Positions 49,385 to 59,093 of a stretch of 64,000 bases of DNA are shown here, piece after piece. The stretch covers positions 147,169-211,168 of the IMG/VR virus record IMGVR_UViG_3300042892_005961, one strand, 5' to 3'. The notes below the pieces were generated by a model. The model saw only the letters and a program-made list of their open reading frames with translations. It was not told the origin of the DNA and ran no database searches. The position numbers and the translations under genes were made by a program. Positions within the stretch are counted from its first letter, which is position 1. Each line of letters opens with the position of its first letter.

Positions 49385-51136
49385 ATGGAAAAGAAAATAC
49401 CTGAGGTTGAAGCAAGGGAAATATTAAATGAATATGACGGATCTAATAATGTTTTATTAGAATACAAACGTAAATTTGTGGAAGTTAAAAACTTTAAATT
49501 AACTCGTCCACAGTCGGAATACGTTATCAAATATAAAGACACCTCCCCTAAAGTTGCTCGTAAACACATCAATATCGTTTCCACATTTGGTGAGAAATTA
49601 ATGGAAGAAATGTTATTACCATTACCACCCGAAAAAGTGTGGTGTGAAAAATTGTTATGTGAATCCGATAAAGCATTTCATATTTGGGGTAAAGTAATTG
49701 ATAGTCAACAAAACCACGCAATGTGGTTACCTAAGTCTGCAATTGTTCAAGAAGAAAAAAAGTTAAATCGTGTAATTGATTATAGTCCGTATGATAATCG
49801 TCCCCCTATGGAACACCAGAAGGTCGCCATAGAGAAATTATTAGCAAACAATAAGTTTATATTAGCTGATGATATGGGTCTCGGAAAAACGACAGCAGCG
49901 GTTATTGCGTCAATGGAAAGTGGTGCGAAGAAAGTTTTAATTGTTTGTCCCGCATCCCTTAAAATAAATTGGGATAGAGAGATTAAAAATTATACAGATA
50001 GGAAAGTTTTAATTGTTGAAGGTCGTAAATGGGGGTCTACTTTTGATTACTACATTATCAATTATGATATATTAAAGAATTATCACACCACAGAAAAAAG
50101 TGAAGATAGTGATGACTATAAATTATTAGTAAATGAAAAGTTTGATTTAGCAATTGTGGATGAAGCACATTACGTTAGTAATAGTACAGCAAACAGAACT
50201 CGTTTATTAAATGACGTATTGGAAACCATACCACGAGTTTGGTTATTAACAGGAACCCCAATGACATCGAGACCAATTAACTATTTTAATTTATTAAAGA
50301 TTGTTGACTCACCTTTAACATTAAATTGGCAATCATACGTTCGTCGTTATTGTAAAGGTTATCAATTCACGGTTGGAAATAGAAAAGTGTGGAACACAAG
50401 TGGGGCAAGTAATTTAGATGAATTAAGAGAAAGAACTAAATCATATGTTCTTCGTAGAATGAAAACTGACATTTTAGATTTACCTGAAAAAATTGTTACA
50501 CCTGTATTTGTAGAATTAAGTAGTAAAATGTATGATGAGGAGTTAGAAGAGTTTACAAGAATTAGTAATGACAATAAAGATAAAGAAACATTAAGTGTAA
50601 CATTAAATCGTTTAATGAAAATTAGACAACTTATTGCTTACGAAAAAATTCCATATACTTGCGAGATTATAGATAAATGTTTAGACCAAGGAAAAAAAGT
50701 AATCGTATTCACCAACTTTACAATGTCATTGGATATGTTACATGAAAAATACAAAAAGAACTCTGTAATATTAAATGGTAGTATGTCTAAAGAAAAGAAA
50801 CAAGAGAGTGTTGATAGATTTCAAAATGAAGATAAAATAAAAATATTTATTTCTAATATCATTGCTGGTGGTGTCGGTATTACATTAACTGCGGGTGAGG
50901 TTGTTGTAATGAATGATTTATCATTTGTACCTGCTCATCATAGTCAAGCGGAAGATAGAGCATATCGTTACGGACAACAGAATAGTGTATTAGTTTATTA
51001 TCCCGTGTTTGAAAATACGGTTGAAAAAATAATATACAATATATTACAAAAGAAAAAGAACGTCATTGACCAAGTTATGGGTGACGGAGAATATTCCGAA
51101 TCGTTCAGTAAAGACCTACTTAAAAGTCTCTTTTAA
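49385..51136 (+). CDS. SNF2/HARP-family helicase
   Basis: 583 aa; ADDMGLGKT, IVCPASL, IVDEAH, LTGTP, QAEDRAYRYGQ. Confidence 0.9.
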   Translation: MEKKIPEVEAREILNEYDGSNNVLLEYKRKFVEVKNFKLTRPQSEYVIKYKDTSPKVARKHINIVSTFGEKLMEEMLLPLPPEKVWCEKLLCESDKAFHIWGKVIDSQQNHAMWLPKSAIVQEEKKLNRVIDYSPYDNRPPMEHQKVAIEKLLANNKFILADDMGLGKTTAAVIASMESGAKKVLIVCPASLKINWDREIKNYTDRKVLIVEGRKWGSTFDYYIINYDILKNYHTTEKSEDSDDYKLLVNEKFDLAIVDEAHYVSNSTANRTRLLNDVLETIPRVWLLTGTPMTSRPINYFNLLKIVDSPLTLNWQSYVRRYCKGYQFTVGNRKVWNTSGASNLDELRERTKSYVLRRMKTDILDLPEKIVTPVFVELSSKMYDEELEEFTRISNDNKDKETLSVTLNRLMKIRQLIAYEKIPYTCEIIDKCLDQGKKVIVFTNFTMSLDMLHEKYKKNSVILNGSMSKEKKQESVDRFQNEDKIKIFISNIIAGGVGITLTAGEVVVMNDLSFVPAHHSQAEDRAYRYGQQNSVLVYYPVFENTVEKIIYNILQKKKNVIDQVMGDGEYSESFSKDLLKSLF

Positions 51137-51319
51137 TTCTTTAATTTTATCAGTTAATAACTGATCTAACTCCTTATCTTCAATATCAGGAATATTAACT
51201 ATGATGGTTTTAGGGTCTAAAGTATAGTCTATAAAGTTAGTTTCCCCCTCTTTTTGTAAGTGGAATACAAAATCGTTAATCCCACAGATACTGAATAATT
51301 CGTTTAGTTTCTCGTTCAT
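51116..51319 (-). CDS. Hypothetical protein
   Basis: 67 aa; fills the gap between two plus-strand genes with plausible composition. Confidence 0.55.
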   Translation of the reverse strand: MNEKLNELFSICGINDFVFHLQKEGETNFIDYTLDPKTIIVNIPDIEDKELDQLLTDKIKELKETFK

Positions 51320-51334
51320 AATAGAAATATAAGA

Positions 51335-51342
51335 TATTTATA
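51335..51342 (+). promoter_or_regulatory. TATTTATA motif on plus strand
   Basis: 15 nt upstream of the plus-strand neck gene; motif orientation flips with gene orientation. Confidence 0.65.
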
Positions 51343-51357
51343 AGAATAAATCAAATT

Positions 51358-52473
51358 ATGTCTCAAATTATTTCACAAGCGGAAAAGGATAAATTATATA
51401 CTCAGGTCTTTCATCTATTAGGTATGCCAGTTCGTGGTATTGAACTTACCGAAGAACAAATGGATACCTTCATGGAATTGGCTTTATCTGAATACGAACA
51501 ATACGTTAGTGATTGGTTGATTGAATCTCAGTGGTCGGCACTTGCGGGATTAGATATAGATACACAATCATTATCAAGAGCTTTTACAACAAGAAGTTTA
51601 GATTACGAAACACAATATACTCACTCATACTCCAAAATTGTAGGTTTACAATCTGGTGGTGATTGGGAACTAAAAAAGGATTATTTTACACTTTCAGGAG
51701 AAACTCAAGTTTATGAAATTCCCGCTGGCCGTGAAGTAAATGAATTATTATGGTTTGCTCGTGCTGAATTAAGTGATTCATTTGTTGATCCGTTTATGGC
51801 GGGATTTGGTGGTCTTGGTGGATTAGGTTTCGGTGGTGCCGGTGGATTTGCACAAATGGGTAATGCTGGATCTTACTTTATGACTCCCGCATTTGACTTA
51901 TTATTAAGAATGCAAGATAGAAGTATTAAAAATAGACTAATTGGTGGTGATTTAACTTATAGAATAACTGCAGGTCCTGAAGGTAAAAAATTAGTTCATT
52001 TATATAATGTACCGGGTGGTAAATTTGATTTTGGTTCAATAAAACAAAAAAATTATAATGTTTGGTATTGGTATTATGATACTATGGATAGAGATTCATG
52101 TCTTAAAGATAATAAAGACGTAATTAAATTACCATCTGATGTTGATACTGAACAATTGGTATGGGAAAACTTAAATAAACCAGCTCAAAACTGGGTTAGA
52201 AAGTATTTGATTGCCTATTCTAAAGAAGGTTTAGGTCGTATTTGGGGTAAATTCTCAGGTGATTTACAAGTTCCTGATAGTCAAGTTAAGTTAGATTATC
52301 AATCTTTAATTACGGAAGGTAAAGATGAGAAATCTAAATTAGTTGAAGAACTTATGGCTAGATTAGAAAGACTCCGCCCCGACAAACTTCTTGAAAGAAA
52401 AGGTGCCGAAGCGGAGAATCTTAATAAGGCACTTAAGTTTAGAGCAATGCCTTCATCTATTATTGTAATCTAA
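51358..52473 (+). CDS. Neck / head-tail adaptor protein (gp13-like)
   Basis: 371 aa; LGMPVRGIELTEEQM, WVRKYLIA..KEGLGRIWGKF, EGKDEKSKLVEEL. Confidence 0.8.
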   Translation: MSQIISQAEKDKLYTQVFHLLGMPVRGIELTEEQMDTFMELALSEYEQYVSDWLIESQWSALAGLDIDTQSLSRAFTTRSLDYETQYTHSYSKIVGLQSGGDWELKKDYFTLSGETQVYEIPAGREVNELLWFARAELSDSFVDPFMAGFGGLGGLGFGGAGGFAQMGNAGSYFMTPAFDLLLRMQDRSIKNRLIGGDLTYRITAGPEGKKLVHLYNVPGGKFDFGSIKQKNYNVWYWYYDTMDRDSCLKDNKDVIKLPSDVDTEQLVWENLNKPAQNWVRKYLIAYSKEGLGRIWGKFSGDLQVPDSQVKLDYQSLITEGKDEKSKLVEELMARLERLRPDKLLERKGAEAENLNKALKFRAMPSSIIVI

Positions 52474-55367
52474 CTTTCAATTGCGTGAAAGGCGTAATCG
52501 TGACCATTTGTTTCAATTATTTCTTCTTCATTTGATTTAGTACTTTCAGCTTGAAGTGTAACAACCTTTCTATTATGTTCCACCCAATATTGGTCAGCAA
52601 GTTCTAAACTATTTTCTACATACATAAAGTAAGGATCACGTCCAACTCTATTCCAAAATATTACTTCACTATCAGATAAAGTCATAACCTCATCTAATTT
52701 ATCTTGACCTTCTTCTTTTAACGGAAAACCATTAACTAAATCACATTGAGACTTTGTAAAGTATTGTCTATCTTTTGGATCTTCAATTAATATATCTTCT
52801 CTAATTGCCGGATTAAAAACAACCAATAAAGGTTCAACACGTTTGTTAAAATTGTTAAGATAACGAGGAACATTATACTCACCTTTTAAATCTGGGTTAT
52901 TTAATATTTCCTTTTCATCAATCATATAACAATTGACCTCGATATAATCATTTGGCATCGGATAACCATTCTTTGCTGTAAATTCTTCTTGTTGTTTCTT
53001 TGTTGGTTTTGTAATCTTCTGTACGTCACCTGATGATTTTTTTGTTCCATTATTAACATAATAAATTGTATCACCTAAACCTGCGGGATAATCACTATTC
53101 ATAATCAATTCCATATGTGCTTGACGAGACATTAATGAACCAGCCTTAGTAGTTTTCATAACATACTTTTTATATTCATTAATACTTTGTTTAACACGTG
53201 CTTTGTTTGCAATCTTTGATAATGGAATTTCTTTTTCGTAAATCTTTGTCACATAATCGTAATATAATTCCACGAATGAATGACCATCACCATTTAACAA
53301 ATATTTTAATCCTTCATCTAAAAACTCAACAATATATGTTTGTAATTTTTTAGATTTAATTGTGTTACCTGTCAATTTAATTTTCTCTTTTCCTTTCTTT
53401 ATTATCTTAATGATATAGTTCTTACGAGAAACATTAATACAAGCTGGCGCAACATAGTCAATATCTAAACCCATTTCACCTCTCATAAAAATATCATTAA
53501 ACTCCGCAGTATGTGCTTCAATACCCGTATATTCTTTTCCTTCGGTTACTAATTCATTTAATCCTTTACCGACATACACAGCATCTTTTGCAGTATCGGG
53601 CGTTTCAAAGTTCACACCATCCGTATCCATTACGAGAGGTTTATAACCCTTCTTCATGTAGAACATAATCATCATACGTAAACACTGACGACCAATACAG
53701 GTAATGGTTTCACCTGAATTCATTTCACCCCAAGGGAATACGTGTGGTGCCGATAAACTACCAAAATACGCATTGATAAAAATCTTAATTGGTAATTGTT
53801 TACGATCATATACCTCAGACATAACAGGATCACTATTCTTTAATTCACCCGCTAAGTTTTTATATTTAATACGAATGTTTCTAAAATATTTTAACATTGA
53901 TTTCTGAACTCCCATAACATCACAATCAGGAAATACATCATATACTAATTGAATAGATGGATAGAGTGATGAATAGTCAAACTTAACAATATTCTTTGCA
54001 AATCCCACATTTAATAAACGAGATAATCCACCTGTGAAAGCACGTTTCTCATCTTTTGCTGGTATTGCTAAATTGTGTTCGTATGACCACGCTAACATGA
54101 TAATTTTCCATAGTGTTGCAGTTCCCATTGTTGCAATTCTTTCATACGTCGTAGGAACTAATTTTGAAAGTAAAAATGTTGATTGAGAGAAACTATCATC
54201 TACAATCATAGTCTCATACAAATCATCATCAAGATATTGTTCTACAATTTTTCTTCCCGTCCATATCTCAAACTTGCCAGGATATTTCTGTGTTAGATTT
54301 TCTGTGCCAGGTTCTCCAATTTGTTTATAACCACCTGTCTTTGGATTCACATAATAACTTTCGTTCTCCAAATATATTTTTGAAATCTTTGCACCATCAA
54401 CGTATACACGATTAGGTTTTTCTTTCTCCAAATATGTTGTAATATATTTTAATCCCCAACTTTTAATTTCAGAGTTAATAGCTTGTGCTCTACGAACTGA
54501 ATGTGCAATATCAATAATATTAAATCCCCAAATAACGTGTTGTTTATATGGTTCAATTTCATTTGCAAGTTTTAACATTCCTTCCTTCTCTTTCATTCCT
54601 TGTGTTGTAAAGATTTGTGTTAAACCATCAACATCAACACCAAGAATTTCTGCACGTTTTAATATAAAAGGCCAGTCAAAAAACGCTGAATTATAACCTG
54701 CAACAATGGTTGGTTTTAAATCTTTAATATACTTGAAAAATCTTTCTATACATTTCTTTTCACCGTCTTCGCCAAACGCTGGAATTGTTTCATTCATACC
54801 ACGATTGTCTTTTACTCCAATCAATATGATAACACAAGTCTCAGGATCAAGACCTGTAGTCTCAATATCAAATACAAATCTATTCACACCACCGTAATCT
54901 TCAATACCTTTAAATAATCTTTTTTTCTTTTGTATAAGGTATTGTTCAACGGGGTTTAAGATTGTAAAATTATGTCTAACTTTTTCATCCCATGGATTTA
55001 ATCCACCCATTCTAAAAAACGAAACTAAATCCGTATATGATTTAATACTTTTAACGATATGGGTCATACCATTTTCTAAACGTTCGTTTCCGTGTGTGTC
55101 TAACTTTTCAATTAATATACCAAACTCACCCATACGTTTCTTTTGCATGGCTTTTGAGTTGTTATAAAAATTTAAACCTGTTAAATCACCCACCCATAAA
55201 AACGGAGTAAATGTATCAGTTTTAATAATTTTACCCTCAATTGGGTCCTGAATAATCTTGTAGATTGTGTTGGTTGGGTAGTCGTATTCAACTCCGACGA
55301 TATACATTTCATCGTCGCCACCATTGAGGAAGCCTTCAATAACTTCCTGAGAGATAACCTCTTTCAT
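52470..55367 (-). CDS. polB: Family B DNA polymerase
   Basis: 965 aa; exonuclease FDIETTG and YNSAFFDWPF; polymerase DYSSLYPS, KIFINAYFG, MDTDG. Confidence 0.95.
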   Translation of the reverse strand: MKEVISQEVIEGFLNGGDDEMYIVGVEYDYPTNTIYKIIQDPIEGKIIKTDTFTPFLWVGDLTGLNFYNNSKAMQKKRMGEFGILIEKLDTHGNERLENGMTHIVKSIKSYTDLVSFFRMGGLNPWDEKVRHNFTILNPVEQYLIQKKKRLFKGIEDYGGVNRFVFDIETTGLDPETCVIILIGVKDNRGMNETIPAFGEDGEKKCIERFFKYIKDLKPTIVAGYNSAFFDWPFILKRAEILGVDVDGLTQIFTTQGMKEKEGMLKLANEIEPYKQHVIWGFNIIDIAHSVRRAQAINSEIKSWGLKYITTYLEKEKPNRVYVDGAKISKIYLENESYYVNPKTGGYKQIGEPGTENLTQKYPGKFEIWTGRKIVEQYLDDDLYETMIVDDSFSQSTFLLSKLVPTTYERIATMGTATLWKIIMLAWSYEHNLAIPAKDEKRAFTGGLSRLLNVGFAKNIVKFDYSSLYPSIQLVYDVFPDCDVMGVQKSMLKYFRNIRIKYKNLAGELKNSDPVMSEVYDRKQLPIKIFINAYFGSLSAPHVFPWGEMNSGETITCIGRQCLRMMIMFYMKKGYKPLVMDTDGVNFETPDTAKDAVYVGKGLNELVTEGKEYTGIEAHTAEFNDIFMRGEMGLDIDYVAPACINVSRKNYIIKIIKKGKEKIKLTGNTIKSKKLQTYIVEFLDEGLKYLLNGDGHSFVELYYDYVTKIYEKEIPLSKIANKARVKQSINEYKKYVMKTTKAGSLMSRQAHMELIMNSDYPAGLGDTIYYVNNGTKKSSGDVQKITKPTKKQQEEFTAKNGYPMPNDYIEVNCYMIDEKEILNNPDLKGEYNVPRYLNNFNKRVEPLLVVFNPAIREDILIEDPKDRQYFTKSQCDLVNGFPLKEEGQDKLDEVMTLSDSEVIFWNRVGRDPYFMYVENSLELADQYWVEHNRKVVTLQAESTKSNEEEIIETNGHDYAFHAIES

Positions 55368-55456
55368 GTTTTATATTTTTTTAATGTGACGTATTAGCTT
55401 GTGGAAAACCACAGTTTGCCTTGTTTACATTATAAATATAATTAAAAAAGGGGGTA

Positions 55457-55813
55457 TTAAGAAATATTGATGTATAATTTTTCTTTAATAGGTAGAATAA
55501 GGATATTACCGTTATCAAATGTAATAGTTACTTTACCCTCAAACCTTCCCACTTGTGATGTATGTTCGGTTGTAAATCTATGTGTGATATAATATTCGTC
55601 AGTTGTATAGTTATACTTCTTTGTTCTATTGGTTAAAAGACATTCAGATCCTAACACCATAGGTTCGCCCGTTGTAACATCAGACATCTCAAAGGTGATT
55701 GTTGTACCACTTGCTAACATTTCATTGAATGATGACTTATCGTTTTTACCGTCGTCAATCATTCTCATCTTTAATATTGGGTCAGTTGCCCCTTGTCTTA
55801 TGTGAAATTCCAT
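55457..55813 (-). CDS. BppU-N-like small structural protein
   Basis: 118 aa; F.IRQG.T.P.L....D...G.FEG.V.ITF..G....P; TATTTATA 4 nt upstream. Confidence 0.5.
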   Translation of the reverse strand: MEFHIRQGATDPILKMRMIDDGKNDKSSFNEMLASGTTITFEMSDVTTGEPMVLGSECLLTNRTKKYNYTTDEYYITHRFTTEHTSQVGRFEGKVTITFDNGNILILPIKEKLYINIS

Positions 55814-55856
55814 ATGTTATAAATACATTAAGAACCGATTGTTGTTTATGTTTGTT

Positions 55857-56501
55857 TTAATTGGTGGTTTCTATTGTTTTCTGAAAATACCTTTCAATTC
55901 TTTTACTTAATCGGACTCTTACATCGGTTGTAGTTCTACCCACCACATCGTATGGTAATATAAAACCAAAACTTAGGAAAACTCTTCTTGATTTGAATTC
56001 GTTCGTCCAATGTTTGTATAGAGATGCCTCAAATCCGTATAGATCACCTTGATTTATTTTTATAACATCTTTATCTAAAAATAATTCGTAATCCTCTGAT
56101 AAAACACTAATATTACATTTATAATTAACATGTCCTTCAACTGCCGCGTCATAGTGAGGATTTATCTTTCCCCCACTATTCATATCTACCGCTTGTAAGA
56201 AGATATGATTTTTAGGAAATTCAAATTCTTCTGCAATTCTATCAATAATGGTATCAATCAAATCAGGTAGTTTATCTTTTGAAACATCTGATACCGCTTG
56301 AAACTTTGTAATATAATTTGTAAAAGGTGTATCCGAAATATCAAACATATAAGTTTTACCTTTTAGTTCTTTTGATAATTCCGAAAGATGATGATTAGCA
56401 CCATTACCACTATGGTCAATTGAGTCTATCCAATTTATTATTTGTTTGGACTCGGATGGTGTAATAAATCCCCTTTTAATTTTATAATTATTATTTTTCA
56501 A
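55857..56501 (-). CDS. 2OG-Fe(II) oxygenase
   Basis: 214 aa; HxD (PHYD), distal His (KHWT), Arg (RRVFLSF). Confidence 0.8.
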   Translation of the reverse strand: MKNNNYKIKRGFITPSESKQIINWIDSIDHSGNGANHHLSELSKELKGKTYMFDISDTPFTNYITKFQAVSDVSKDKLPDLIDTIIDRIAEEFEFPKNHIFLQAVDMNSGGKINPHYDAAVEGHVNYKCNISVLSEDYELFLDKDVIKINQGDLYGFEASLYKHWTNEFKSRRVFLSFGFILPYDVVGRTTTDVRVRLSKRIERYFQKTIETTN

Positions 56502-56739
56502 TTTTTTTCAAATTATGTTTTGCTAAAAACTCTTTGGGGTTCATCGCCTCTATTATAGTTAATTCAGCAGAATCCATCATCTGTTTAGCCTTTTCTTCCG
56601 TAACCGCCATTACACACAATTTGTGAGTTGAAGGCGACTCTCCGGTTGGTGATAAATCTATTTTTAAGATATTATCATCTTTCATTTTTTCTCTTGCTTG
56701 CTGAACTTTGGAGTCTTCACATAATATACATATTCTCAT
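56491..56739 (-). CDS. Hypothetical protein
   Basis: 82 aa; overlaps the oxygenase start. Confidence 0.6.
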   Translation of the reverse strand: MRICILCEDSKVQQAREKMKDDNILKIDLSPTGESPSTHKLCVMAVTEEKAKQMMDSAELTIIEAMNPKEFLAKHNLKKIEK

Positions 56740-56754
56740 ATTTCTTTTGTTTTA

Positions 56755-59028
56755 TTAGTCTATTGGTTCGGTTATTTGTTGTGCTATATACCATTGACCA
56801 TTATTATCTAATGCAGTTAATATAGGTGTTCCATCAAACCTTCTTTGAATAGTTTTATTGTAATATTCATAAACCATTGGTGTTGTGGTAATTGTATCTA
56901 CCGTCAAAACTAAATCAGTAGTTCCACCAAATGAACCAGAAGCAATTGTTATTGTATCACCTGTTAGGTATAGTTTTCCAATAGTTGAAGCTTCAACATT
57001 ACTAACAAGAGTTGACGCAACAGTGATAGTAAATACTGAATTTACTCCTGCCCCTGATGATGTTCCAGTTACACCTGTATAAACTCCATCGGTTCCGGTA
57101 GTTGATGGGTATGAATAATCAATAGGGTTTCCTAAATATGCGGTAAAATCTATTCCATTTAGAGGAGTTTCTATTCTATTAAATTGAAAATCGTTACCTA
57201 CTGTATTGTTTTCAAACTCATCCCCAATATTATTATTATAGAAATATTCTCCAATTGTGTTGCCATAAAAATAGTTTCCAATTACATTACGCCTACTGTC
57301 ACTGCCACCAAATCCAAAACCGTCACCGATGTTGTTACTATAAAAACTATTTCCAATTTGATTATATCTAAAATCATCTGTTATTCCGTTATCAAAAAAA
57401 TTATTTAATATAAAATTATTTTTAAAATTTAATCCTATATCATTTGATTGAAAGGTATTTCCAATGTTATTATTTGTAAAATAATTTTCAATCTCATTTC
57501 CCCCAAAGTCGTTCCCAATTTTATTATCATCAAACTGACCCACTATTAAATTCGCCTTAAATTCATTACCAATATGATTGTCCTCAAAAGTTGAACTATT
57601 ATTAATTGTCCCTAATGTATTATTGTGAAAACCAAACCCAATTGTATTCCTATAAAAAGAGTTATAAATATTATTTGTATAGAAATTATCCCCCACCGTG
57701 TTATTATTAAAATCATTTTTAATAAAATTACTGTTAAAATTACCAACTACGTTATCATCAAAACTAGTTTGTATAATGTTTCCATAAAAAGAGGATTTTA
57801 ATATGTTATTGGCGAAAGAGTCGTCACCAGTGTAAAAATTACCATAGAATGATCCCATTATTAAATTATTATCAAAATCATTTGAGTCATTATCACCTAA
57901 ATTGTTGTTATAAAACTCATCTTGAATAATATTATTTGTGAAATCACATATAATTATGTTATCGTAAAAATCTGAAGATATTGTATTGTAATCAAAATCA
58001 TTATCAATTATGTTACCATAGAAATTACCACTAATTGTATTATTTGCACAATCATCATTAAAGGTATTGTTTCTAAAATTACTTCCAAAAGAGTTATCTC
58101 TATATGGGCCATCTCTGAAAACGTTGTTTGGAAGTAAGAAAGTATATTCTTCACCAATAGTGTTTGCAACTCTATTACCACAAGTATTGTTAAAACATTC
58201 ATCATAACTTGTGAATGTATTGTATTCGGTAAATCCTGTGTTAGAAATAATATTGCTTTGTTTGTAAGACATTCGAGTATCAATTTCGCGGTCTGTATAG
58301 AAAGTGTCATTGACACTATAAATTGTGCGTCCCGTAACAGTCATACTCGTTTCTGAATCAATAGAAACAATTTGATAAAAATTTACACCATACGCCGTAT
58401 TTGGATTCACGATACCTATAACTTCTCCGGTAGTTCTACCTGTAAAATTTGTTCCTACACCCGTTACAACACCAACACTATTAATACTTACTTTTCCGTC
58501 ATAAATTTCCTCGGCACTATATGCGTCATATCTCTTAAATAAAACTTCTCTAAAGTCATAATCAAAGGCATTTCCTTTATCGTCAATTCTGTATGTAATT
58601 CTACCAAACGCAGCACCTGCTGTAACTTCAGTAGATGTAAAATATGGATCATATTGTATTGTATCACCTGAATATTCTGGTTGATATGCGTGTTCTGAAA
58701 TTTTATCAACATCAGTTGCCAACACAAGTATAGGTGCCACATTACCTTGTTTGTAATTACCTGTTTCAATTGTGTTACCATTATGGTCATAATCAGGTTG
58801 GTCGTAACAAGTTTTGAAATCTGTGATTAAATAATGTTTACCTGGTGTTAATGTTGCACCTGTTAAAAGAGAGTATAACTCACTATGTGTTACTTCCTCA
58901 TATATTGAGACACTTAGTAAATTACTTACGCTTACTTTTTTAGTTTCTCCGTTGTTAACTATTGGTAACATATCTCCCGATAAAGGTTCGGTAAGTTCAT
59001 TTAATTGTGAAATTTTTTGATCTGCCAT
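56755..59028 (-). CDS. Putative tail fibre/spike with Asn-rich beta-solenoid
   Basis: 757 aa; KISQL..L...D.LPIV..GETKKV N-terminal fibre-type motif; about 11-aa FxxNxIGxx repeats. Confidence 0.65.
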   Translation of the reverse strand: MADQKISQLNELTEPLSGDMLPIVNNGETKKVSVSNLLSVSIYEEVTHSELYSLLTGATLTPGKHYLITDFKTCYDQPDYDHNGNTIETGNYKQGNVAPILVLATDVDKISEHAYQPEYSGDTIQYDPYFTSTEVTAGAAFGRITYRIDDKGNAFDYDFREVLFKRYDAYSAEEIYDGKVSINSVGVVTGVGTNFTGRTTGEVIGIVNPNTAYGVNFYQIVSIDSETSMTVTGRTIYSVNDTFYTDREIDTRMSYKQSNIISNTGFTEYNTFTSYDECFNNTCGNRVANTIGEEYTFLLPNNVFRDGPYRDNSFGSNFRNNTFNDDCANNTISGNFYGNIIDNDFDYNTISSDFYDNIIICDFTNNIIQDEFYNNNLGDNDSNDFDNNLIMGSFYGNFYTGDDSFANNILKSSFYGNIIQTSFDDNVVGNFNSNFIKNDFNNNTVGDNFYTNNIYNSFYRNTIGFGFHNNTLGTINNSSTFEDNHIGNEFKANLIVGQFDDNKIGNDFGGNEIENYFTNNNIGNTFQSNDIGLNFKNNFILNNFFDNGITDDFRYNQIGNSFYSNNIGDGFGFGGSDSRRNVIGNYFYGNTIGEYFYNNNIGDEFENNTVGNDFQFNRIETPLNGIDFTAYLGNPIDYSYPSTTGTDGVYTGVTGTSSGAGVNSVFTITVASTLVSNVEASTIGKLYLTGDTITIASGSFGGTTDLVLTVDTITTTPMVYEYYNKTIQRRFDGTPILTALDNNGQWYIAQQITEPID

Positions 59029-59093
59029 TTTGTGTTTGTTTTTCTTTTATATAAATAGTTTTATTTTTTGTCTATTACTTAGTATTTTTATTA

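Noticed and set aside
20982-55367. Inteins or introns in RNR, DnaB, RecA or polB
   Set aside because: Lengths are ordinary, motifs are contiguous, and no intein termini or LAGLIDADG/HNH inserts were seen.
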